DNA from: Candidatus Latescibacterota bacterium
GTDB taxonomy: Bacteria > Latescibacterota > UBA2968
Reading direction: 5' to 3'
Length of the DNA: 64,000 nt
NCBI GenBank assembly: GCA_965204375.1
Contig: OZ241986.1
Coordinates: forward strand, 4,768,001-4,832,000
Both the position numbers and the translations under genes were made by a program. This document shows, one piece after another, positions 37,698-46,106 of this stretch; the stretch's first letter is position 1; each line of letters starts with the position of its first letter. The notes beneath the pieces are model-generated. The model worked only from the letters and a program-made list of their open reading frames with translations. It had not been told where the DNA came from and did no database searches.

Positions 37698-38729
37698 TTG
37701 CGTCTCCCTTCACACTTCACACTTCTCTCTTCTTACTTCTTATTGATCCTGCTCTTCGGCTGCACTGAACGCCAGGTCCGCATCCACTTTGAACAGGCAG
37801 AAAAATATCGCCACGAAGGCAAAATCGACCTCGCAATCGAAGAATACAGAGCCATCCTCGGGCTTCGTCCCGATGCGATTGACGCCCTCAACAACCTCGG
37901 TTATCTCTACGTTGGAAAAGGCCAGTATGCCAATGCTATTGCACAATATCAAAAAGCCATCGCCGTCAAACCCGACTTTGCCGAAGCCCACTTCAACCTG
38001 GGCGTCGCCTATGTCGCGTATAGCCAACTCGACAGCGCCATAGTCGCGTACCAGCGCGCCCTGCAATACGAACCCGAAAACCACGAAATCCACAACAATC
38101 TGGGCGCAGCTCACACCATGGCTGGCAATCACCGGGAAGCCGAAGCAAGCTACCAGCAGGCACTCAAACTCAAACCCGACTACGCCGATGTGTACCACAA
38201 CCTCGGACTACTCTACACCTATGGAGGTCGGTACCGAGACGCCATCCCGCAATACGAAAAAGCCATCCGCTACAAACCCAATTTTGCCGACGCGTACAAT
38301 AACATGGGCAGTGCGCACCTCGAATTGGGCCAATATGAAGACGCCATCCAGCACTTTCAAACCGCCGTCCGTCTCCAACCCAATCACACACTCGCCCAGG
38401 AAAACCTTCGAGAAACCAAAACGCGCATGGACGCGCTCCAAAGAGCACGCGAAGCCGGAGAAATGCGCGCCCAACACATCCTCGTCAAAACCGAAGCCGA
38501 CGCCCGTAAATTGCTCGAACAACTCGACTCAGGTGCCAAATTTGAAGCGCTCGCACAACTCTATTCCACCGATACGGCATCGGGGCGACAAGGCGGCGAC
38601 CTCGGCGCATTCCTCCCCGGCACCCTCTTGCCCGGATTTGAACAGGCCGTCAAAAAAATCGAACCTGGAAAAATCGGCGGACCAGTTAGAACTCCAGCCG
38701 GATATCACATTATTAAACGCATATATTGA
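37698..38729 (+). CDS. TPR-repeat lipoprotein with a C-terminal parvulin PPIase
   Basis: Multiple TPRs (AEAHFNLG, ADAYNNMG); RAQHILV, GGDLG and TPAGYHII; lipobox LFGC; start uncertain (TTG at 37698 or ATG at 37596). Confidence 0.85.
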   Translation: MRLPSHFTLLSSYFLLILLFGCTERQVRIHFEQAEKYRHEGKIDLAIEEYRAILGLRPDAIDALNNLGYLYVGKGQYANAIAQYQKAIAVKPDFAEAHFNLGVAYVAYSQLDSAIVAYQRALQYEPENHEIHNNLGAAHTMAGNHREAEASYQQALKLKPDYADVYHNLGLLYTYGGRYRDAIPQYEKAIRYKPNFADAYNNMGSAHLELGQYEDAIQHFQTAVRLQPNHTLAQENLRETKTRMDALQRAREAGEMRAQHILVKTEADARKLLEQLDSGAKFEALAQLYSTDTASGRQGGDLGAFLPGTLLPGFEQAVKKIEPGKIGGPVRTPAGYHIIKRIY

Positions 38730-38762
38730 GTCATCAACACACGCTATCCACAGCCACAGGCC

Positions 38763-38907
38763 TGTCATTCTGAGCCGTAACGCAGTGGAGACGAAGAATC
38801 TCATACCAATTCTGGTGGTAAAGATGCTTCGACTATGCTCAGCATGACAAAACACCGCTCACCAATTCTGGTGGTAAAGATGCTTCGACTATGCTCAGCA
38901 TGACAAA
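38763..38907. repeat. GTCA-tagged palindromic element with a duplicated right arm
   Basis: TGTCATTCTGAGC..CGAAGAATCT pairs with AGATGCTTCG..GCTCAGCATGACA; 47-bp direct repeat at 38805-38851 and 38861-38907. Confidence 0.85.
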
Positions 38908-38928
38908 GACGCGAACATGAGACGATAA

Positions 38929-39219
38929 ATGAATGAATACTTCATCTATATCATGACAAATCGCTCTGGAACCCTCTATATAGGTGTTACCAACAATCTA
39001 ACAAGAAGGGTTTATGAGCATAAATGCAAGCTTATTCCTGGTTTCACAAGCAAATACAATATCAATAGACTGATATACTTTGAAACGACATCTGATATTC
39101 ACGAAGCCATATCAAGAGAGAAACAGCTAAAAGGATGGACGCGAAAGAAAAAACTGGATCTGATAAGAACCACCAATCCAGTCTTCGCTGACCTATCCGA
39201 GGATTGGTACTCGCACTGA
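38929..39219 (+). CDS. Small stand-alone GIY-YIG nuclease
   Basis: YFIYIM...LYIGVTNNLTRRVYEH...REKQLKGWTRKKK. Confidence 0.93.
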   Translation: MNEYFIYIMTNRSGTLYIGVTNNLTRRVYEHKCKLIPGFTSKYNINRLIYFETTSDIHEAISREKQLKGWTRKKKLDLIRTTNPVFADLSEDWYSH

Positions 39220-39232
39220 TATTATTGGTTCA

Positions 39233-39685
39233 TCATCGAGAAGCACTCTCATAAGCGTAACTCTCCAAAACTTCTTTCGCCATATCGAGTGCCTTCACTG
39301 CCTGCTCACGGCTTACCGATGGGAAAGCATCTAAGAACACGTCCAGACTATCCCCGTACGCCAGGTAATCGAACAGATTTTTTATTGGCACGCGGGTTCC
39401 TTTGAATACGGGCAGGCCGCTCATGGTGTCCTTGCGGCTGTGAACGACACCGCTCGCATTCTCGCGCGCCCTCTTTCCAATTTCCTCCACCGCCTGCTCG
39501 CGGCTCACTGATGGAAAATAGTCTAAAAAGATGTGCAGATTGTACCCTTTTTCCAGATAGTAGAAAAGTTTCTCCACAGGCACATCGGTCCCCTCAAAAA
39601 CGCGGGCATCGTCTGCAATATCCTCGCCGCTTTGGATAACGTCTTCCTCAATTGTGGTGGACAGGCTTTTGTTTGTTTGCATCAT
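39233..39685 (-). CDS. Tandem DUF433 antitoxin-like protein
   Basis: Two repeats of VFxGTxVPxxxLFxYL..G..L..FLD.FPSVSREQAV. Confidence 0.85.
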   Translation of the reverse strand: MMQTNKSLSTTIEEDVIQSGEDIADDARVFEGTDVPVEKLFYYLEKGYNLHIFLDYFPSVSREQAVEEIGKRARENASGVVHSRKDTMSGLPVFKGTRVPIKNLFDYLAYGDSLDVFLDAFPSVSREQAVKALDMAKEVLESYAYESASR

Positions 39686-39717
39686 GGCAAATCTCCTTAT
39701 TTTCTGCTCCAAAACTC

Positions 39718-42588
39718 TCAATCACCCAGTACAAACCGCGCCTGCTTGCTCACACTGGGCGTATTCGGTTTGTTCAAATCCGTCACCACCACCTCAATCT
39801 CCAACTGCTCTTTGCTATTCTCGGGCACATCCAGCGCAATATAAAGCGGTTCCGATGTCGCAGTACCCGTATGCTCATAAGAAATCTGCACCCCATCTGC
39901 CTGCGGAGTCTGACTCAACAGCCGTCCCAATCCCCGAATCAGGCCCGTACCCTGTACTCCCTTAAGCCTGTACTCCACGCGATAGCGAGTCTGCCCAAAC
40001 GCATCCCGGCTCAAATTATAAACCTCGTAATAGAGATAAACCGGTTGCCCCTTCGCAAAAATTTTAGACGGCAAAGGCACCACCCGCAAATCCCCCTTTT
40101 GGAACTTCCCTGCCTGCTCGCCCACCTCGACAATCTGCCCCGCCAGTTCCAGGTCGCTCAGCGCCAGAGCCTCACCGCGGAAAGATTGAACTGTGACATA
40201 CGTCTTATGCGCCTGAATTTTTCGGCTTATGGGATCGCGCACCTGAGTAGCCAGGAAATACTGCCCAGGAGACAGTGCCGCACGCACCTGATCCACCATC
40301 AGCGTCCCCTTCCCCATCTGCCCACTTATCGCTTCAGCCACCCGCACGCTATCCCGAAAAACCGGCCTCAGCGAACGATCATAGACCACTACGTCTCGAT
40401 CCAGCATCAGATGTGAATCCCCTGACGGCGTCAAAGTAGCCATCGGCACCCCCATATACGCCTCCATAGCCGTCTCTCGCTCCGACGCGCGGAAATTTGC
40501 CGTGTACATATAAAGATCCAGAGGATCGCCCCCGTAATCGTGTACATAAATCGAAGGCGTATGGGACACAACCTGTGCCACAACCGTCTCGGGAGCCATC
40601 CGCGACCACAGCGCGTGATTGGGCGAATTGGGCGGAATAGGCGCGAAATCGAAAAATCCGCTGCCGGTCGGATCCAGAAATGTAATCTCGATCCCCCCGC
40701 CGATCTCGGCATAAATCCACGACTCCCACTTGTACCCCAGTTCAGACCCATCGAGCATCACACTGCGCCTGCGCGGTATCGGGAAAGTCGGCACACCCCG
40801 CAACTCAGATGTCTCAGACTCCACCCCAAAACCATAAGACGACCGCGACTGCCCGTGTATATGTTTGCTCGGCGACACTTCCTCCAGAGCATTTGCAGCC
40901 ATCATATTCAGGCGATTCTTCACCTTTGCAACTTTTTCATCCGTCTCAAACACCAGATAATCCGACCAACTCTGATGATCCGGATGCCCCAGCCGGATGT
41001 ACACATCGCCCCTTCGGTCCCATCCCCGACCATGCCACTCTTCCAGACCCTCGACAAAATTCGAACGCGCGAAATGCACCCGCCGATAATGCTCAACGCG
41101 GCGCTCGTTCACCTGTGTCGTCGGTGTGGGATCCTGCTCCAGCCAGAAAACTTCTCGAAGCTGTGTTAGCGACCGCCCAAAAGCACCCCGAATTTTCGAA
41201 AGCACCTCGGCAGGAGCCACCAGCGACAAATCCTGGTAATACTCCCGCTCTGTCGGATCCAAAAACTGAAAATAGCGCTCAAAAGCCGCCTGCGCCTGGG
41301 CAAAATCCCCCCGCTCAACATGCATCTCGGCCAAAAGCGGCAAATACTCTTTCGGCTTTGTCTGTGCCATCTCCTTCAACTCGTCCAGACTATAAGTTTT
41401 CTTCCCCGCGCTCTTCAGCCGCATCGCCACATACGCCAGACGCGCAGGCGTAATGGGATGCCCGGGATTTACCGCTATCTGCCGCGAATACGCTTTCATC
41501 GCCTTGTCGTAATAGTGCAGCGACTCGTAAAAAACGCCCAGCTTGAAATACGCGTCATAGTGATCGGGAAAAAGCTCCACCACATTGCCAAAATAGTGAT
41601 CCAGATCCACCCGATCCATACCCACCATCGCCAGATGGCACATCCCCAGATTGTAGTATGCCGCCGTATATGCTTTATCCATCGCGCAGGTCTCGCGGAA
41701 CAACCTCAGTGCCCGCGACTTCTGGCCCGGCATCTTCAACGCCGCCAGTGCCCGCCCATTGCGTGCCTCCACAAATTTCCTCTGCTTCTTTATCGCCTCT
41801 AAGAACAACGCCTCTGCTTCTTTTACCTCGTCCTGCTCCAGGCGAAGATAGCCCAGCGCGCACATCGCCACCACATCATTCGGGTGTAAAATCAGCATCC
41901 GATCGCAAATACGGGCAGCCTCCGCCACCAGTTTCTCATCCGGAGCCTGTGCCCGCGTGATATACTTATTCGGAATTAGCCCTCCCCGCTCAAAATACGC
42001 ATCTGATACCGTCACATAGCGGCGCCCAAAGTGGTAATCGTAATAATACTTCAGCACCAGCGGATTGCGCGCCTGCCAGAACCGCGCCAAAAACAGTCCC
42101 TTCGCCTTCCGATCCAGCGCCTTGTAAAAAGCCGCCGTATCCGCACTGGCCACCTCTCCCAAAATCAAACCCGCCACCTGATCTTCAAACGCGCCAAAAC
42201 TCGCCTGCAATTCCGCTCTGGCAACCTGTTGATCCGCCTCCTCTGTTTTATCCTCTCGCTCCAAAATTTTGATATGTACCCGCGCCACCCGAAGCTCACC
42301 CATCAAAGTCTTAATCACCACCTCTGTCTCAGACTCCGACACAAGCTCACCCTTCAACACCGTGCCATCTTCCAGCAATACCGTAACATTGCGCGAAGGC
42401 TGTTCTATCATTTTAATCAGCGACTTTTTTACCCGCAGTTCGCCCATTGATGTCTTGAGCACCACCTCTGTCTCAGACTCAGACACAATCTCGCCCTTCA
42501 ACACCGTGCCATCTTCCAGCAATACCGTTGCACCATAGGCAGATGCAACCGCCAAAAAGAGACAAAGTGCAATTAAAAAAGTCTTCAT
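39718..42588 (-). CDS. GWxTD-like domain protein with TPRs and a duplicated N-terminal beta domain
   Basis: Signal peptide; two VLLEDGTVLKGE repeats; FW..DPTPTTQVNE...EHYRRV..A and GWDRRGDVYIRLGHPD; C-terminal YLYYEVYNL. Confidence 0.85.
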   Translation of the reverse strand: MKTFLIALCLFLAVASAYGATVLLEDGTVLKGEIVSESETEVVLKTSMGELRVKKSLIKMIEQPSRNVTVLLEDGTVLKGELVSESETEVVIKTLMGELRVARVHIKILEREDKTEEADQQVARAELQASFGAFEDQVAGLILGEVASADTAAFYKALDRKAKGLFLARFWQARNPLVLKYYYDYHFGRRYVTVSDAYFERGGLIPNKYITRAQAPDEKLVAEAARICDRMLILHPNDVVAMCALGYLRLEQDEVKEAEALFLEAIKKQRKFVEARNGRALAALKMPGQKSRALRLFRETCAMDKAYTAAYYNLGMCHLAMVGMDRVDLDHYFGNVVELFPDHYDAYFKLGVFYESLHYYDKAMKAYSRQIAVNPGHPITPARLAYVAMRLKSAGKKTYSLDELKEMAQTKPKEYLPLLAEMHVERGDFAQAQAAFERYFQFLDPTEREYYQDLSLVAPAEVLSKIRGAFGRSLTQLREVFWLEQDPTPTTQVNERRVEHYRRVHFARSNFVEGLEEWHGRGWDRRGDVYIRLGHPDHQSWSDYLVFETDEKVAKVKNRLNMMAANALEEVSPSKHIHGQSRSSYGFGVESETSELRGVPTFPIPRRRSVMLDGSELGYKWESWIYAEIGGGIEITFLDPTGSGFFDFAPIPPNSPNHALWSRMAPETVVAQVVSHTPSIYVHDYGGDPLDLYMYTANFRASERETAMEAYMGVPMATLTPSGDSHLMLDRDVVVYDRSLRPVFRDSVRVAEAISGQMGKGTLMVDQVRAALSPGQYFLATQVRDPISRKIQAHKTYVTVQSFRGEALALSDLELAGQIVEVGEQAGKFQKGDLRVVPLPSKIFAKGQPVYLYYEVYNLSRDAFGQTRYRVEYRLKGVQGTGLIRGLGRLLSQTPQADGVQISYEHTGTATSEPLYIALDVPENSKEQLEIEVVVTDLNKPNTPSVSKQARFVLGD

Positions 42589-42664
42589 ATTGGTACCTTT
42601 TTCCTGCGAATAACCCGGCAAAGGCAAATACAATACCCCTTCCCCGCATACCTGTCAAGCCATG

Positions 42665-42701
42665 AAAAAACGGCGGAAGGACATAGCGTCCCTCCGCCGT
42701 T
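42665..42701 (-). terminator. Intrinsic terminator after the PorV-family gene
   Basis: Minus strand AACGGCGGAGGGAC-loop-GTCCTTCCGCCGTTTTTT. Confidence 0.8.
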
Positions 42702-42733
42702 GTGATCGTGGGCGAACCACCCCGATCAACGAC

Positions 42734-43852
42734 TTAGAAGGTAACAGCAGCGCTGAGAATATGCACCGAAGAGAAGAAAGCACTATCAAACTGCTTGAAT
42801 GCATAATCCACCTTCACGCCCTGACCACCTTCGGTCTTAAACTGCAACCCACCACCTGCAGAGATACCCTCTGTATCGTGGTTGGTCTTATACCCACCTC
42901 GCAGCGTAAAGCCGATTGAGGACCCTGCTGCGCGATACGTATATTCGGCGCCGATGTGAATGCGCTCATCAAAATCGATGGGATTGTTCACATCCAAAGC
43001 CAGATCCAGATGGTGTGGCACAGGCGTATTGCCCATCATCGAAATCACATCGATGAGCAAGCCCAGGCGGATATTCCTCGGCAGTTCAAACTGCTCCCGC
43101 TGATAAACCACCTCTGTGCTAAAATTCTGCACACTCATCGCCATCACCGTATTCCGGAACCCCGTATTGAAATACGTGCCCAGGTCAAAGGCAAAGGCAT
43201 TCTTGGAATTATCCACCGTCTGCCTGCTACTACCCAAAAAGATATTGCCAGTACCCAGGTCCTGATGGGCCATCCTGAGGGTTGCTCCTGCGGAAAAACG
43301 GTCGGTAATTTTAAGACCGTAAGCCGCAGAAATGGCATAATTGCTGGTGGTAATCTCGCCCTCGTCTTTGAATCCGGCGCCAGCGGGATTTGGATCAATG
43401 GATGTAGCGTTGACAGTACCCGCATCGAAAGTCACAATCGAAAGGCCGAACGTCCCTCTGCCCGGCACATTCACTGCAACGCCCGCGACCATACTCTTGG
43501 TATCGACGAGCCAATCTACATAAGTGACATGTGCTTCCCGGCCTTCCATAAAAGCCAGCGCACCCGGATTGAAAAGAATCGCCGAACCACTCCCGATCAA
43601 TCCCACCCCGGCACCACCGAGAGCGGCGGTGCGCGCATCGGTGGGAATAGATAGGAAAGCAAAACCAGCCTGCCCGGTCTTGATAAACGTCGGCGAGGCT
43701 TCTTCAAAGCCCGGAACAACGGGATCCAGTTCTCGAACGCGACCGTCAAAGTTATCGGTCACGCCGGTCGCAACACTCCCCTGGGCAAACACATCGCTCG
43801 GCATCAGCCCCGCGCACACAAGCGCTATTAGAATATATTTTTTCACGATCAT
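42734..43852 (-). CDS. PorV/PorQ-family outer-membrane beta-barrel
   Basis: FAFLSIPTDARTAALGG, FNPGALA, AFDLG, LPRNIRLG and VDYAF; C-terminal Phe. Confidence 0.85.
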   Translation of the reverse strand: MIVKKYILIALVCAGLMPSDVFAQGSVATGVTDNFDGRVRELDPVVPGFEEASPTFIKTGQAGFAFLSIPTDARTAALGGAGVGLIGSGSAILFNPGALAFMEGREAHVTYVDWLVDTKSMVAGVAVNVPGRGTFGLSIVTFDAGTVNATSIDPNPAGAGFKDEGEITTSNYAISAAYGLKITDRFSAGATLRMAHQDLGTGNIFLGSSRQTVDNSKNAFAFDLGTYFNTGFRNTVMAMSVQNFSTEVVYQREQFELPRNIRLGLLIDVISMMGNTPVPHHLDLALDVNNPIDFDERIHIGAEYTYRAAGSSIGFTLRGGYKTNHDTEGISAGGGLQFKTEGGQGVKVDYAFKQFDSAFFSSVHILSAAVTF

Positions 43853-43861
43853 CCTCCTTGT

Positions 43862-46018
43862 TTAGCGAACCACAATGAATTTCTCGATATGAGTGCCCGG
43901 AACCTGGGGATCCCTGCTCTCAATATGTGCGAAGTAGATACCCGACACCAGGAACTGGTTGTTGTCGTTGATCATCAAATCCCACGACAGGTCGCCAGAA
44001 CCCGCGGTGTGCTCAAACTCCTGAATCAGATCGCCGGTTATCGAGAAAATACGGATGATCGCGCTTGCAGGCAGATTTACGAATAGTAGTTTGTTAGACT
44101 GACCCGTAAAATTGAATCCACCTTGCTCTAAATCGCCGCCCTGAATCTGGAATGGATTTGGCACAATCCGCACACTCGTAATATCTCGTCCGGGCGCGCG
44201 GAAAGGACTTACGCCATCCCCCAGGGTGCGGGTGGCAAAAAAGCTGCTCTCCAGACCATTGGCATCAACGGCTGTAACCGCGTAATAATACCGCGTACCG
44301 CGAATCACAGTATCGTCATTGTAGGATGTACCATTGACCGTGAAAACATCCCGCAGACCGGGTGGTTTTGTCTGAAAACCCGCCATGCGATAAACCCGGT
44401 ATGAAGCCGCACCGGGAACAGCAGCCCAGGAAAGTTCGTTTTGATCCGGACCAGATGTTATTTCTACCCGTGAGGGCCAATCTGGCGTGGGTGGCAAAAC
44501 GGGCTGCAAACCAACCACCGAGTTTACCTCGCGGTTGTTCCACGCCTTGTGCGCCACAGCTACCGCCGCCTTCAGGGAATCCAGGCCGCTGTTGAGAAAA
44601 GCTTCTTTCTGGTCAAAAGAAATAGAACCTTCCGACCACTTTCTGCCCATCTCTTTATTCGCGGCAATGGATGGACCCGTAACAATCCAGGCCGACACAA
44701 TGTGAATGCTCTCACCGGGATTCAGTTCGGGCCAGGGACCAAATGTCACCATCCATTCCCAGTACCCTTGCTGAGACTCCACGGATGTCGCCACATCTCT
44801 AATGCGCTCGGCCCGCGCGGTATTCGACAGCGTGTAAAAGTCGTGTACAGCCCCCATATCCGCACTATCTGTGGTAATCCAACTGGCGTCTGGCACCCAG
44901 CGGGCAACGCGCGGCTGCCGCATCTCGGGGTCAGGCTCATTCATGCTGTCCAGCCAGTTGTCGGAAAGCGTATTGGGATCGCTCACCGGCGTCTTATCCA
45001 CGTGCAAGAACAACCGACCTTTGTATTCGGGCTCGAGAAATTCACCCGCATCGACCAGTGCCTCGCGGATCTCGTCCAACTTCGGAACGCCAGCCGCAGG
45101 TGCCGGTTCGCCGCGATCATCGCCATCGGGCCGGGTACCTGTGCGGTCTGAAGCATTGCCATCGTAGGAATACATCAGCTTGAGTTCGTCATCCCAGTTG
45201 TTCACCTCGTCGAGAATCCCGTGCTCGATTCCCGCGTCAAACGGACGCGAATCATTCCCAAAAGTCGGCGTAATGTGAGAACCACCAGAGGGACCGCGAT
45301 TGGCAGCCTGCATAAACCAGTGGAAACCGAGATGGAAATTCTGCAGCACCGGATTCTTGTCGCGGGTTTCCGGACTCAAGTCTGTGCCGCGCTCACCGGT
45401 TCGCACATCGGGCACGCGGGGATTTTCGGGATACGTAAAGGTCTCAATCTGAAAAATAATATCCTGGGCTTCGGTATTCGCCCATCGCCACGTCTGGGTC
45501 CTCTGGTGGATACCGCCAGTATGGACGCGCTGACCTTCGTGATACACGTCTGAACCCAGCCCGGGAATCACGCCTTCAAAAGCGTCGGCAGGTAACCCAT
45601 CAAAGCGGGTATCAAAAACCGTCCATGCCTCTCGCTTGATTTCTGAGCCATCCTGAATCAGCAGGGGTGGCGCAATGCGAAACGCCTTGGGAGATCCTTT
45701 GCCCACCGCATTGAAGAAAGAACTCGAAATATCGGCAAGGTCATCCGTACCGTCGTTGACGTACTTGGGAATGGTGGTATTGGCGAGTTCTGGAAAATGC
45801 GCGGAGTAACTGGGCATATTGAAATTATCCATAATAATCGCCGACCTTAGCCCCCAGTTTCGAGCCACAAGGTAGTTGATATCCGGATTGGTGCGCCCCT
45901 CGTTCAGGCCGCCGGGCCAGTGCGTGCCCCAGTTCCGTCCTGGATTTTGTGCAAAGGCACTTCCCGAAGAGACCAGCAATCCCAGAACTATCAGAAGGGG
46001 TACATATCGTCTCATCAT
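43862..46018 (-). CDS. Secreted protein with an FN3-like domain and a T9SS-type / FlgD-Ig C-terminal domain
   Basis: Signal peptide; YYYAVTAVD; VRIVPNPF..LLFVNLP..IRIFSITGDLI..WD..SGIYF..KFIVVR. Confidence 0.8.
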   Translation of the reverse strand: MMRRYVPLLIVLGLLVSSGSAFAQNPGRNWGTHWPGGLNEGRTNPDINYLVARNWGLRSAIIMDNFNMPSYSAHFPELANTTIPKYVNDGTDDLADISSSFFNAVGKGSPKAFRIAPPLLIQDGSEIKREAWTVFDTRFDGLPADAFEGVIPGLGSDVYHEGQRVHTGGIHQRTQTWRWANTEAQDIIFQIETFTYPENPRVPDVRTGERGTDLSPETRDKNPVLQNFHLGFHWFMQAANRGPSGGSHITPTFGNDSRPFDAGIEHGILDEVNNWDDELKLMYSYDGNASDRTGTRPDGDDRGEPAPAAGVPKLDEIREALVDAGEFLEPEYKGRLFLHVDKTPVSDPNTLSDNWLDSMNEPDPEMRQPRVARWVPDASWITTDSADMGAVHDFYTLSNTARAERIRDVATSVESQQGYWEWMVTFGPWPELNPGESIHIVSAWIVTGPSIAANKEMGRKWSEGSISFDQKEAFLNSGLDSLKAAVAVAHKAWNNREVNSVVGLQPVLPPTPDWPSRVEITSGPDQNELSWAAVPGAASYRVYRMAGFQTKPPGLRDVFTVNGTSYNDDTVIRGTRYYYAVTAVDANGLESSFFATRTLGDGVSPFRAPGRDITSVRIVPNPFQIQGGDLEQGGFNFTGQSNKLLFVNLPASAIIRIFSITGDLIQEFEHTAGSGDLSWDLMINDNNQFLVSGIYFAHIESRDPQVPGTHIEKFIVVR

Positions 46019-46051
46019 AACAGATTATCTCCTGAAAAAAACAGATTGCAA

Positions 46052-46093
46052 ACCTCCCGGTTCCTCTCTCATGCGAAAGGAACCGGAAGAGGT
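46052..46093. terminator. Intra-operon stem-loop after the TonB receptor
   Basis: ACCTCCCGGTTCCT...AGGAACCGGAAGAGGT. Confidence 0.55.
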
Positions 46094-46106
46094 ATTCATC
46101 TCAAAA

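Noticed and set aside
38805-38907. Possible mini-CRISPR (47-bp repeat twice)
   Set aside because: Only two copies with a 9-bp gap; it is the duplicated arm of a palindromic element.
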